DNA from: Octopus vulgaris | Lineage: Eukaryota | Reading direction: 5' to 3' | Assembly: GCA_951406725.2 (NCBI GenBank) | Contig: OX597827.1 | Location: forward strand, 65,286,001 to 65,350,000 | DNA: 64,000 nt | Shown here: one piece after another, positions 42,854 through 55,576 of the stretch | Position numbering within the stretch: position 1 is the first letter of the stretch | How the letters are laid out: the number at the start of each line of letters is the position of its first letter | Notes under the pieces: model-generated | What the model saw: the letters and a program-made list of their open reading frames with translations, nothing else | Told to the model about the DNA's origin: nothing | The model's database searches: none | Program-made: the position numbers and the translations under genes

Positions 42854-42985
42854 GAGGGTACATGGCTTAATGTTTAGTGTGTTGCATTCACAGCCGCTAG
42901 ATCGTGAGTTTAATTCCTGGATCGGGTAGTGTGTTGAGTTCTTGAGCAAGACACTTCATCCCACGTTGCTCTGTGATCACACCTC
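42854..42985 (+). mobile_element. SINE family D head (tRNA + CORE-like)
   Basis: catggcttaatgtttag...gagtttaattcctgg...ttcttgagcaagacacttcat. Confidence 0.6.
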
Positions 42986-43639
42986 TCACGTGACGGAGAA
43001 AGTGAGCTAATGTGCGGCACGAACAATATGTGTGTGTGTGGGGGGGGGGGGTATACACGACAAGCTTTCACACACTTTCTCTATACCAAACTCACTTACA
43101 AGACATTATTCGGTCTAGGGCTATAATAGAAAGACCACGTTGCCTCTAAGTGGGACTGAACCCTTAAAGCCGTTGAAGCAGCCTTCTCCAAAACCGTATT
43201 CAATGCGACAAATTTAAAATTTAAAATCACCAAAGAACCTTCAACTATCAGAAGGAGAATTGGTTAGTCACATACCACACAACCAGATTTATATTTAGAT
43301 TATTTTCACAAATTCAATCAGAAAATGATGAATGGGAAAGCGATAGCGTAAAAAGGAAGAAAACGTTTCCAAGCAATTTTTAACCAATGACAGAACAACG
43401 AATTTAATGAAGAATATAAAACTAAAAACAAAACGCTTGAATAATGTCTTTGAAATCGATTACCCGGATGCATCCGTGCGTCGCCTTAGTGAACACACTG
43501 AATGTAACATATGCCCGAAGTGGTTCCTCTGTATTGGTGAAAACACACTTGTTGAAACAGACGGGGACATATATAAACACATTCACAAGAGTGCTATTTC
43601 TATATGTGGCTATATATATACGTATATATATATATACAC

Positions 43640-43836
43640 GTGCGTAGCTGAAATTTATTGTAAAGCAAAAGACGAAGACAGGTGTATGAACGGCAAACAA
43701 ATGTATTACTTTGACGCTCGGAAAACGAAAAAAGTCTTGTACGTTTTGAACCAAGTCTCGTCAACAGAATGGAATACGGGAAAATATACAGAGAGAGAAT
43801 GAAGAAAACTAATAGACTTCAGCAGTCCAGAATGGC

Positions 43837-43838
<2 letters not shown>
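43640..43838 (-). mobile_element. (TA)n-flanked Penelope-like short element with decayed hammerhead
   Basis: Minus strand ctgttga-c-gagacttggttc-aaaacgta then ...ccgagcgtcaaagtaatac...; same architecture as 46453-46660; related piece at 3935-3990. Confidence 0.55.
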
Positions 43839-43917
<79 letters not shown>

Positions 43918-44034
43918 CACACATATATAACCGAGTTTTTATGATTATCCTCTAGAGATGATCGAGCAACTTCACTATTCGAGACTTCACTGAACTCCAA
44001 AAGCATGCGTTCTCCATCGTTGAAATTTTCGCAA

Positions 44035-44640
44035 ATCTTACCGACCGAGCATAGCACTTCCTTCTCCACTCTCAGTTTCCTTTTTAAGTGAAATATTAAG
44101 AAATCAATGAGAGCTCTACCAAAAAGGAATACGTCTGCCCTCATGGTTTTCAGACTTGTCCACTAAACAACCGCTTTTGCCACCAGGAAAAGGAAAACTG
44201 CTTTTTCTGCCCCAACTGAAGGAGTACGGCGGGGCGATAATCACTACAGACTCGGCCAACAGACGGATCCGTCCCACATCTGTTCGATATAACCCCCCAA
44301 CAAAGCAGCATTGCCCGGACACAGAACGAGGACGTGCAGAACGGTTCCGTCACTCTGCGCGCACCTCGCATAATCCCATCTGACAGCACGTCCATGCCTG
44401 TAGAGTTTATCCCGAACCGGCAGTGACCCTCGGTCGCACTGCCAGGCGAAAGACATCTGGAAATTATCCATGATGGTTCCCGACCGGAAAGTCTACCGGA
44501 AGAGACTGACCTATTTGTTTCCGTCGGCTCCCAGAGACTCCCCGTGAACATCGTTGCACTTCCCTACCACCAGTCCTCTATAAATTTCTAAACAGAACAC
44601 CACCGATCCCATTGCCCGATTGGTAGAGGACTGAGAGCAC
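44035..44640 (-). mobile_element. L1/Tx1-clade LINE ORF2 C-terminal fragment (zf-RVT region), degenerate
   Basis: FAWQCDRGSLPVRDKLYRHG...ARCAQSDGTVLHVLVLCP (CCHC-knuckle remnant) and downstream FHLKRKLRVEKEVL. Confidence 0.8.
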
Positions 44641-44671
44641 ATGATGGCATTGTAAATAAATGAATAAATAA

Positions 44672-44878
<207 letters not shown>

Positions 44879-44881
44879 AGA

Positions 44882-44970
44882 ATATATTTGTTTATTAGCC
44901 ACACAGGGTTGAACAAAGAGGGGACAACTTACAAAGTAGAACTTTTCTTTTTCGGGAGAAAAAAAAAAAC
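44882..44970 (-). mobile_element. LINE 3' terminus (putative L1/Tx1)
   Basis: Minus strand tgtaagttgtcccctctttgttcaaccctgtgtggctaataaacaaat followed by (TTC)n(ATT)n. Confidence 0.6.
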
Positions 44971-45133
44971 TGAGAGGAGAAGAATAGTAATGGTAGGAAA
45001 AACAATAAAAATACGAATAACTACAACAACAACAAACAGTATAACAATATTATAATTGTTCCGCTAATACGAACACAGTCTGTTCGTTGACGTCATTATC
45101 ATTCGAGAAGGCGACACTTTTATATATATGTGT

Positions 45134-45168
<35 letters not shown>

Positions 45169-46383
45169 AATATACATACATAAAAATATATATATACACA
45201 CACGCACGCACGCACGCACAAACACACACACGGAAACACACGTACTCGCACATACATATGAAGCAACTTTGTCAACACAAAAATGTTGCTATGTTGAAAG
45301 TTCAGCTGATTAAATTTTGTAATTTGTCATGTTGGTCTTCGTGAATTTTTTTTTTGTTTGTTGTTTTCTGCTGTCTTTATGATTTACAGAACTTACTTAC
45401 ATAGCGTTGCACATTTACCGACACACATAAATACATACATACAACTATACATATACATATACGTATATACATACATAGGAATATACATACATGTATACCT
45501 ATACCTATATAGAAACATGCACGCACGCACGCACGCTCGCACTCTGTCTCACACACACATATTTATTTGCTATAGAATTAAACATTTAGCAGCAAATAAA
45601 CACGAACAATGAAAAACGGGCGCAACTAAGACGCAGATCCCGACCAACACAGTCCCCCTCCATCCATTTGGCCATCTATTCATCCATCAATCTATCCATT
45701 CATCCAGATATACATACATAGTCACATACATATAAACAGACTATTTTCTGCTGAGGACACCTAATAAAACTGAAGCATATCTGTAACTGTCATCTTGCTG
45801 GTTCACAAAGATTAAAATTTGCCCTAAAGCACGAAAATTTCAGTTACAGTTGAAATTAATTTCTACTTTCTTGAAATTATCTCTTTCTTTCAGCGTCACC
45901 TAGTAGTGATTCTTGGTTTTTTATCTTTTCACCAAAGAAGGAACAATTTTCTTAAAATTTATTATGTGTTCTTCCTTTCGTTTTTTTTTTTGTTTTTTTT
46001 TTGTATTTGGCATACGCCATTTACTATAATGAAACCTGAATGAAAGATACACATTCTTATTAATAGCCCACTTTAATTATTTCCCCCGGAGAACATTTTG
46101 TAATTAGACAATTTATTCTGTTCCTGTTTCTATCAAATTCATTTTTAGTTGTGAATAAACCTCTTTATTTCTCTGATTAAGATATGAATGTGATAACTAT
46201 TCTGCGCATTTACTCAATGGAACACTGAAACTGGCTAATATCTATTATCTCCCTTGATAAAAAAGTCAAATAGCTTCATGTGCCAAAAAGCAATGTTGGT
46301 CAGAATTCGTGTGTTCAAACTAATGTCAAATTATATGGGAAGTTATTTGTATTTGTCTATACACACACACACGCACATACGTG

Positions 46384-46442
<59 letters not shown>

Positions 46443-46452
46443 CCTTTTAGTA

Positions 46453-46656
46453 TGTGACCTCGTCTGTATCACTAGCGATTTTTTTCCCCTCTGTCTTCCC
46501 TTCTCGGGATCTTTCCTTCTCCTATGTTTCCGACGAAGAGCTCCGCTCGAAACGTCAAACCCTCCTTCTTCCCTTCTTTCTTGAGCGTCCAATAATACTT
46601 TATTTGTTCCACGTCCTCAGGTTGTTGTATTTTTGTTTTCTTGTTTGGATTAACTT

Positions 46657-46660
<4 letters not shown>
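46453..46660 (+). mobile_element. (TA)n-flanked Penelope-like short element with hammerhead
   Basis: Contains the hammerhead at 46526-46560; 3' part shared with 49715-49810. Confidence 0.7.
46526..46560 (+). ncRNA. minimal type-I hammerhead ribozyme (C4 core variant)
   Basis: guuu-CCGACGA-a-gagc(ucc)gcuc-GAAACGUC-aaac: stems I and II pair, palindromic loopless stem III, GUC site. Confidence 0.75.
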
Positions 46661-46707
<47 letters not shown>

Positions 46708-46766
46708 CCGAATTAGGTTAGAAATCCAAGGCTGTGAGGAGTTTTCAAGTCATTTATAAGGAAATA

Positions 46767-46814
46767 GTCTTACAGCTTTTTCTGGGATATTATGGATATC
46801 CCTTCGTCAGAGAC
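46767..46814 (-). ncRNA. type-I hammerhead ribozyme, one stem III mismatch
   Basis: Minus strand gucu-CUGACGA-a-gggauau(ccaua)auauccc-a-GAAA-aagcuGUA-agac. Confidence 0.7.
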
Positions 46815-47919
46815 GGGTGTGAGTAAATATATGAGTTCGAATTAGTGTAGAAAAGGAGGAGATAGGGAATATAGAGGGAAATAAGAGAATGAAAGTAGAA
46901 ATAAGATGTATAAAGATATTGTAGTTGCAGTTCCATTATTCGAGGAAAATGGTGTATAGAAGTGGTAAACATGTTTCCTGTACATGGTTTGTAAGATCCA
47001 ATAGCAGTTCATGTTCAGTCATTTCAAAGCATGGAGCCGTGGAATCGGTGTTGCTCGTTCGAAAGTGTTTTGTGGTGTTAATAAACATTTGAGAATGTAT
47101 TGGTCGTATTCATGGATAGATGGAGGGCGACAGGAGAGATGTGTATGATTAGAAAGAGGAGATAGGTCAAATTTAAAACAGGAAGAGAAAATGAGAGGAA
47201 GAAAGAGAGAAAAAAGAAAAAAAAGGGAAAAGGAGACAAAAAGACGAAGAGTGAAGAAAAGAAAAAAGAAAAGAGAAGAAAGGGTGGAGGAAGTGAGAAA
47301 GGGAGTGTTAGTTGGTGGTCAAGATAACGTAATTGGAAGATGGGAGATGTGTGGGGTGGGGATAGGAAGAGATGAGGGGATAAGGACTAAATGAATGTAA
47401 GATATGTGAGTAGGGGTTATATGACAGAGTCGCATTAAGGGATGGGTAGAGAAAAGGTAGAGAAAAGTTATGGGTAGGGTGATAACGAAGTGAGTAGTAG
47501 TTTTGGTTGTAAAATTTGAGGTAGAGTGAAGAATACAAAGATGTCAAATTACTATAGATAGACGTATCTTATAGGTTAGCGTTATGAAGGAATAGGAAAG
47601 AAGGAAAGAATGTATAATATCATACCTACGCATGCGCTCACATACATATATATATATTTGCGAATATGTATACATATACGATCACACATAAGTATAGACA
47701 TATACATACGCCTATACATACACACACGTATATACACGTGCATGCTCACGCGCATCCGTAAATATATTCATACACGAATATGTGTGCGCATACATGTATA
47801 TATACATGCACATTCACATACGTGCGCGCAGTTGCACACGCATTTAGTCGCATGCATGCGTGCATACTGTACTTACGTATATATATATATACATATATAC
47901 ACATTCATTCATATATACT

Positions 47920-47963
<44 letters not shown>

Positions 47964-48147
47964 AGCACACATACATACGTATACACAAATATCCACGGAT
48001 TTACAGTGTAGATGAACGTTAACTTGGGAAACTACTAAAACATTACTTGGAGTTTTAATCTAAGTAATATCGTCAACCTGGTGTGCCTACGGAGAGTTAA
48101 GATAGTATTCTGCCCAGATTGATAATCCCTCACTCTTTGTTGTCGGT

Positions 48148-48557
48148 CTCTTTTACTCATTTACTTGTTTCAGTCCTCTGACTGTGGCCATGCTGGAGCA
48201 CCGCCTTTAGTCGAGCAAATCGACCCCAGGACTTATTATCTGTGAGCCTAATACTTATTCTATCGGTCTCTTTTGCCAAACCGCTAAGTGACGGGGACTT
48301 AAACACGCCAGCATCAGTTGTCAAGCGATGTTGGGGGGACAAATACAGACACACAAACATATATACACACACATACATATTTATATATATACAAATATAC
48401 GACGGGCTTCTTTCAGTTTCCGTCTACCAAATCCACTCACAAGTCTTTGGTCGGCCCGAGGCTATAGTAGAAGACACTTGCCCAAGGTGCCATGCAGTGG
48501 GACTGAACTCGGAACCATGTGATTCGTAAGCAAGCTACTTACCACACAGCCACTCCT
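48148..48557 (-). mobile_element. SINE family A, full length
   Basis: Reverse complement match to family A. Confidence 0.92.
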
Positions 48558-49504
48558 CCATAAAATAATCACGCATTTATGCCTCCGATGTGTCCCTCAG
48601 TTTCGAATCATTATCTTCTGCAATTCTGCATTTAATTATCCACAGTCTCCCGTTCGCTCAATTCACTGCAATTAAACTGCCTGAAAAAATATTTTTATTT
48701 TCCATTGTAACATTTGTTTAGTATAGGTTGCGTACCTTTAAAGATTCTCTCCATCCTTTTTAAAGTGCTATTATTATTAGCTCCATTTTTCTTGTTTTAT
48801 TTTGCAAAACCGTGTATTTACTACTTAAATAGAAATAAGCGGTATATGCGGATATATTATGCTTTTAAATGTATCTATTTCAACGAAGTTTTATGTTTCC
48901 ATTGATAACAAGTATTTTTTTCCTTGCTAACTCTATTATATACTTTTGTTTTTTCTGTTTTTTTGTTTTTGAATTGTCTGTATTTGAATGCTATATATTC
49001 GGGTGTGTATTTTCTAAGTGATATATATAGTCAAATACTTTACATTGAAACTCTCATTATTGTGATTTATGTATCTCTTTGACAGTCAACCATTTCAAAG
49101 TTATTTCTTAGAGAATTTGCAATGGGTATTCACATTAATGCATTCCCAAATGTTATCCACGCAAACTTTGCTTTAAAAATAATTCTTACTTTTTGGTTTG
49201 AATACAAATTCCTCTTAAACTCTTTTTTTCAATTCACAACAGTATTTTCACATTGTTTTAGTTTTATTAGTTTATTTTTTAACCATATATTTCCATTAGT
49301 TCTTTACTACTGTTACACGTTTTTATCCATATGTTGCCTCTTTAAGATTATATATCTGTAGATGTGTGTGTGTATGTGTGTTTGTGTGTGTTTGTGCACG
49401 TGAGCATTTGTGTACTATTCATGACTAAGTTTATATTTATTACTGCATATGCCTAAAGAGTACATAGCTGTACATGATATTGCTTAGCTAGATTTCCTCT
49501 TCTC

Positions 49505-49603
<99 letters not shown>

Positions 49604-49636
49604 ATATATATACATAATATATATATAATAATAATA

Positions 49637-49810
49637 TGAGGGAATATTAATCCAAACTTATATGGAAAAATTCTATTTAGAAATACTAGATCAAATTTCA
49701 CAGAATATAAACGTTCTTTGTTTCCTTTCTTGAGCGTCCAAAAATACTACACTCGTGCCACGTCCTCGCGTTATTGTGTTTTTTTTAGTATTTTCATGAT
49801 CAGATTCACT
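49637..49810. mobile_element. (TA)n-flanked short element fragment
   Basis: tttcttgagcgtccaa...ccacgtcctc...attgtgtttt homologous to 46575-46660. Confidence 0.6.
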
Positions 49811-49845
49811 ATATATATGTATATATATATGTATGTATGTATATA

Positions 49846-49895
<50 letters not shown>

Positions 49896-49927
49896 TATAT
49901 ACACGTATATATATATATATACGTATA

Positions 49928-49987
<60 letters not shown>

Positions 49988-52194
49988 ATCAAAAAAATCA
50001 ACAAGGATATCCAAGGTAGTGTAGTACAATCGTTTTATGCTACTTCATTTTATTAAACACTGTAAGTATTACATCAGTTTTATTATGTCGAGCAATCTCC
50101 AGCCACATTTAGAATTTTTTAATTAAACGGACAATGCACATTTTTATACGTATTTCATTTGCCAACATTACAAAGAGGGTATATATATAGACAGAGAGGT
50201 TAATTTCCTCATTAAGAACATGATGGTAGTATAAATCTACAGATGGAGAAGAACATATCTACTCCATATTTCGAGCAATTCTCGACAATATGTGACTTCA
50301 AGAAAACAGCTGTTCCCGCAAACCAAGATACAATTGGGGTTTTCGCAGAGGGTCAAAACTGGTAACAAAAACAGGATAGTGAAACACTTGTGAGGGCTGC
50401 TAAACCAGGTGGGGTAAGAGGTGGCGAACGCTGAGGAACATACTTTGACAGGAGAAAAGGTAGAAAAGGAGACAGACAAGAATACATTTGGTCTCTGCAA
50501 CAGACCAAAGAAGAGAAAGATGAACGCATGTGGAAATAATTTTACTATTCTTGGACACTATACCTTATTACAGGTGCAACACGTATTACCGGTTAGAACT
50601 TGTTTACGATTCGTTTCTGTTTTGCTTTTAAATATTTCTCCATCATATTTCTTGTCTTATTACAATGAGTGGTGAGATGCGGAGGAATCGGTGGAGTACC
50701 TGACAAGTTGGGTTGCAGAATTTTATTACTGCCTTTATTGTTTAGAAAAATGGCTTGATATATTGCAAAGATGTCCCTTACGTTCTGACATAAAATTCTT
50801 TCGGGGTCGATTTCAAGAAGTCCCTGGTGTCGGTATAATCAACAGTTTCACTCCACGTCATTTCTCGATTCGTTTCTGTTTGAAACCAATGCTACCTTTA
50901 TTAGCATATGTGTTACCTGTTCTTGCATGATATAATTAATTTCTGAACCTATTTTGGGATTACATTTGATTGCATTTTTAAAAACAGGATTCATATTTTT
51001 TGTCACATTTGTAAAGAATCGTTGCAGGACAGTGAAATGCATGTGCATTAGTTTAAGCTGTTGCATTTGAGCAAACAACAATCTCTAAATAGACAACCTC
51101 TAAAAATATAAAGCTTGTAAAAGCTAGCACCCATGGGATCGATGGAAAAATCTTGTGATCGTACCCCACCATCAAGACAAGAGTTGGACAACTACGAGAC
51201 ATGTTCCGTGCCCCCAATGTCAGGACATGCAATTGTAAGGATGGAGATCAAACGTATTTTCTTGGGAGAACGACTTAGGGATTTAGACAAATCCTTATAT
51301 CGATTAGCACAGAGAACGACTAGGTGACAACAACGTCTTCACCACACTGCAAACTATACAACATCATAAATTGCACTAATTCGGACAAATCTGATACTTA
51401 ATTCCTAATATTATTTCCTTTTGATCGTAAATAGGAAGAGAATAATGCATGGTTAGGTGGAAGGAATGCGGGAAAATAAATGCTGCACTTGATAAGACAT
51501 GGAGAAATAGCCTGACCCAACGCTGGAATTATACATTCTAGGGCTTCATAAATAAAGCGTGTGCGTGTATATGTGATTGTATATGCATGCGAACATGGAC
51601 TTATCTGTGTGAGATAGGTGTCTGTGAGTAAGGAAGAAAGACATCATTGCACGATGGGGAGAGAATAAGAGAGATGAAATATGTTTGCGAGTGAAATTAA
51701 AAGAAACAGTTGCAGACTGAAAAATAAAACGAATTTGAAATAAAATTGAGAATTCTACCTCTAAATGATATTAACACATTTATTTTATTTTATTGACGTT
51801 TCATTACAATTATCAAACCTCCACAATCTCTTTCCATGAAGTCATCTTGTTTACAACATCGGCTTGTCTCGGACTGGGATTTAAAAAAAAAATTTTATCA
51901 TGCCTTGTAATCCAAAATATCAGATATGTGTGCCAATGTTTGCAAAGATTTCTTTTTTTTTTTGAGAGATGGTGGCATTGTTTCAAAACAATAATGAATA
52001 CTGGAATATATAGGTAAACTGATACGTTTTTATAACACAACGATAAAGATTAGCCCGCGCTAGACTGAATTTATTGATATACAGCTATTGTTGTTTAATG
52101 ATAGTGCGTGTTTCTGACTGCGTAGTTCCAGGTACAGACTTAAACTTTTTCACACCTACGGATTACAAATTCAAGTAAACAGCTTTAAGCGTAT

Positions 52195-52281
<87 letters not shown>

Positions 52282-52445
52282 CGCGCGCGAGTATGTGTGC
52301 GCGCGCGAGTATGTGTGCGTGTATGTACACATATATATGAATATGTATGTGTATATATATGTATATATATATCGGTATATATATATATGTAAATATATGT
52401 ATATATATGTATATATCTACATACATACATACACACACACACACA

Positions 52446-52480
<35 letters not shown>

Positions 52481-52563
52481 CTACATATACACACATATAT
52501 TCATATACATCAAGTATACTTATATGCACCTAGAAACCCACGAGTTTATATATATATATATAT

Positions 52564-52617
<54 letters not shown>

Positions 52618-52622
52618 ATATA

Positions 52623-52655
<33 letters not shown>

Positions 52656-53162
52656 GTATATATGTATATATATCTACACACATACATGTTTGTGAGTTTA
52701 TGTACACATACATATGTATGCGTATATATACACTCGACACAGTTACAGAACAAACACAGAACCATGCGCAGACGTATGAATAGGCACATCAGAATAAACA
52801 AGCGCAACCATATTAAACAACCAAGTGATCTGAAACGCCGTTTCACAGAGCCAACGCTACTGTGTTATTTATATGATTTACACATTTAACTTCTGTCTTA
52901 AATATGTGTCCTTGCTGTGAATGTACTAAGCATAGTATTTACATGATATGAATATCGATATTTATTGTTTTGCCTATTGTTCTTGCTTTCTGAAATGTTG
53001 TATATTTGTTAGGTGTTCATAAGAAATACGTCACTACGTACGTTTTAATATATTGTTGTATTAGTGATTGAATGACAAATGCAGTAAGAAATTATACATA
53101 TATAGACACACACACAGAGAGACACGTATATATATACGTATATATCTGTACATATTTATGTT

Positions 53163-53202
<40 letters not shown>

Positions 53203-53217
53203 TGTGTGTTAGGTATT

Positions 53218-53433
53218 TACTCTTTTACGCTTTTACTTGTTTCAGTCATTTGATTGCGGTCATGTTGGAGCACCGCCTTTGGTTGAGAAAATCGACCCCA
53301 AGACTTATTCCATTGAAAGGCTAGTACTTATTCTATCGGTCTCTTTTGCCGAACCGCTAAGTTACGGGGACGTAAACACACCAGCATCGGTTGTCAAGCG
53401 CTGTTGGGGGACAAACACAGACACACAAACATA

Positions 53434-53477
<44 letters not shown>

Positions 53478-53662
53478 TCTATATATATGCATATATACGA
53501 CGGGCTTCTTTTCAGCTTCCGTCTACCATATCCAGTCACAAGGCTTTGATCGACCCGAGGCTATAGTGGAAGACACTTGTCCAAGGTGCCACGCAGTGGG
53601 ACTGAACCCGGACCTATGTGGTTCGTAAGGAAGCTACTTACCACTCAGCCACTCCTACGCCT
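53218..53662 (-). mobile_element. SINE family A flanked by ~150-bp direct duplication
   Basis: Full-length SINE; 53059-53219 repeated at 53664-53808. Confidence 0.92.
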
Positions 53663-54233
53663 ATATTAGTGATTGAAAGACAATCACAGTAAGAAATTAT
53701 ACACACATACACACACACAGACACGTATATATACATATATATCTATACATATTTATGTTTGTATGTGTGTGTGTGTGTGTGTATGTGTGTGTGGGCATTA
53801 GGTATTTATTGAATTTTTTTTTCAAAATTGGTAAGCCAAGTAAACAAAGCTTGTATATCACCGATAGAAACATGTCAAATAATAATATCACAACCGTCAC
53901 GACCATCAGCAGCATTAACAACAACAATGACAGCGATCAAAATCCCCTCCCCCAAAACGTCTGGCCTTGTGCCTAGAAGTAGAAAAGATAATAAATGTTG
54001 ATGCAAAACTACGTCAGAGGTGTACTCGAGGGCACTTTGATGTTGGAATTCAATTGTTGTTGAACATATAGCCCCCAATGTAAAGTTACTCAAGAGTACG
54101 CAAACAGAGATTCATATAATACATACACACGTACGCACTCATAGATACAAACGTACACGCATGTGCTTATCATATATACGTACATACCGATGTATATATA
54201 AATATATAAATACATACATATACATACATACAT

Positions 54234-54290
<57 letters not shown>

Positions 54291-54297
<7 letters not shown>

Positions 54298-54728
54298 ATA
54301 GTAAAGTGTGAAAAACGACAGAAGGCTTAAATGTTAAAAAATATATATATTTGTGTCAAAATGTCTGGAGAATATTGGAAAAATTTTTTTCCTTTCCTTA
54401 AAATGACATAATTTTAAAATTTTTAAAGAAATTACCGGTTTCGCGTGTAGCTTCAAATTTCTTGTGACGTTATGTTTATATTGCATGGAATTATAATATA
54501 AACATAACGTCACAAGAAATTTGAAAAGCTACACGCGAAACCGGTAATTTCTTTAAAAAATTTTAAAATTATGTCATTTTAAGGAAAGGAAAAAAATTTT
54601 TCCAATATTCTCCAGACATTTTGACACAAATATATATATTTTTTAACATTTAAGCCTTCTGTCGTTTTTTCACACTTTACTATTTTCTTATATATTCACC
54701 CACGTGCTTTACCAAACAAACTTTCTTA

Positions 54729-54730
<2 letters not shown>
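54291..54730 (+). mobile_element. (TA)n-embedded fold-back element with ~190-bp arms carrying a hammerhead
   Basis: 54291-54482 is the reverse complement of 54495-54690; unique tail 54691-54730; (TA)n on both sides. Confidence 0.88.
54514..54553 (+). ncRNA. minimal type-I hammerhead ribozyme (U3-A8 variant)
   Basis: aagaaau-UUGAAAA-gc(uacac)gc-GAAACCGGUA-auuucuu: 7-bp stem I, palindromic stem III ACCGGU, GUA site. Confidence 0.7.
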
Positions 54731-54797
<67 letters not shown>

Positions 54798-54799
<2 letters not shown>

Positions 54800-55271
54800 A
54801 ATAGAAATATTAAAATTACTAAGTCTCTCTAAAGGAGATTACGGCAGCGTTACTGGAAATTAATAGTTATCGCCATACTAATATGGCACTCTTATAAATA
54901 TAAGACTAAAGCTGTCGCTGATTAGCTCCATGAGGCCACCGCCTCAAGCTAGATATTTATCACACAAACTGCGTCCATTATAAACCTTCGGACAGGGGAG
55001 GTCAGCCGCTTCATCCTGCCAGTCAGACAGCTGCAGACATTGTTTCAGGGTATCTGCCCTTTATCAATGCAGCGTAGTCAGACCCAGCAGGTGTTGCTAC
55101 TGACTGTCCCTGTTCGAAGAATCTATTTACCTAGTTTCAGTGGAATACATCCACTTGTTTTCAATAATAGAAATATTAAAATTACTAAGTCTCTCTAAAG
55201 GGGATTACGGCAGCGTTACTGGAAATTAATAGTTATCGCCATACTATTATGGCAGTCTTATAAATATAAGA
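54798..55271 (-). mobile_element. retrozyme-like 1.3-mer (366-bp unit, 108-bp terminal direct repeat)
   Basis: 54798-54905 repeated at 55164-55271 (3 mismatches); internal hammerhead; no ORF; (TA)n on the left. Confidence 0.75.
55030..55073 (-). ncRNA. type-I hammerhead ribozyme (U3-A8 variant)
   Basis: Minus strand gcugca-UUGAUAA-aggg(cagaua)cccu-GAAAC(aau)GUC-ugcagc; all three stems pair. Confidence 0.82.
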
Positions 55272-55576
55272 TATAGGGTAAAAAAATATTAATTTATAAT
55301 TAATAAATTTCACCAAGTAGTTTCGGTATGGAAAGGAACCGTGTTCGGTAAAAACTTATACAAGAAGTTTTATATATAATTATGACAATAGTTAAGGGTT
55401 TAGCAACGAGTTGCTTAACCACATACCGAAAAATTTAGAAATAGCAGCCAAAAGACCGTTATTTCTGTTCGCTACAAAATATGACTCTACTGACAAACCT
55501 CTCTGTAACTCACACTGACAAGAAAGAAGGAAAATAATGAAATCAAACAGACTTCAGTTAATTATGGACGCGTTTT

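Noticed and set aside
43469-43533. Minus-strand exon-like segment (tacag...gtaatc)
   Set aside because: Weak donor, unrecognisable peptide, and gives a stop when joined to the 62736 candidate
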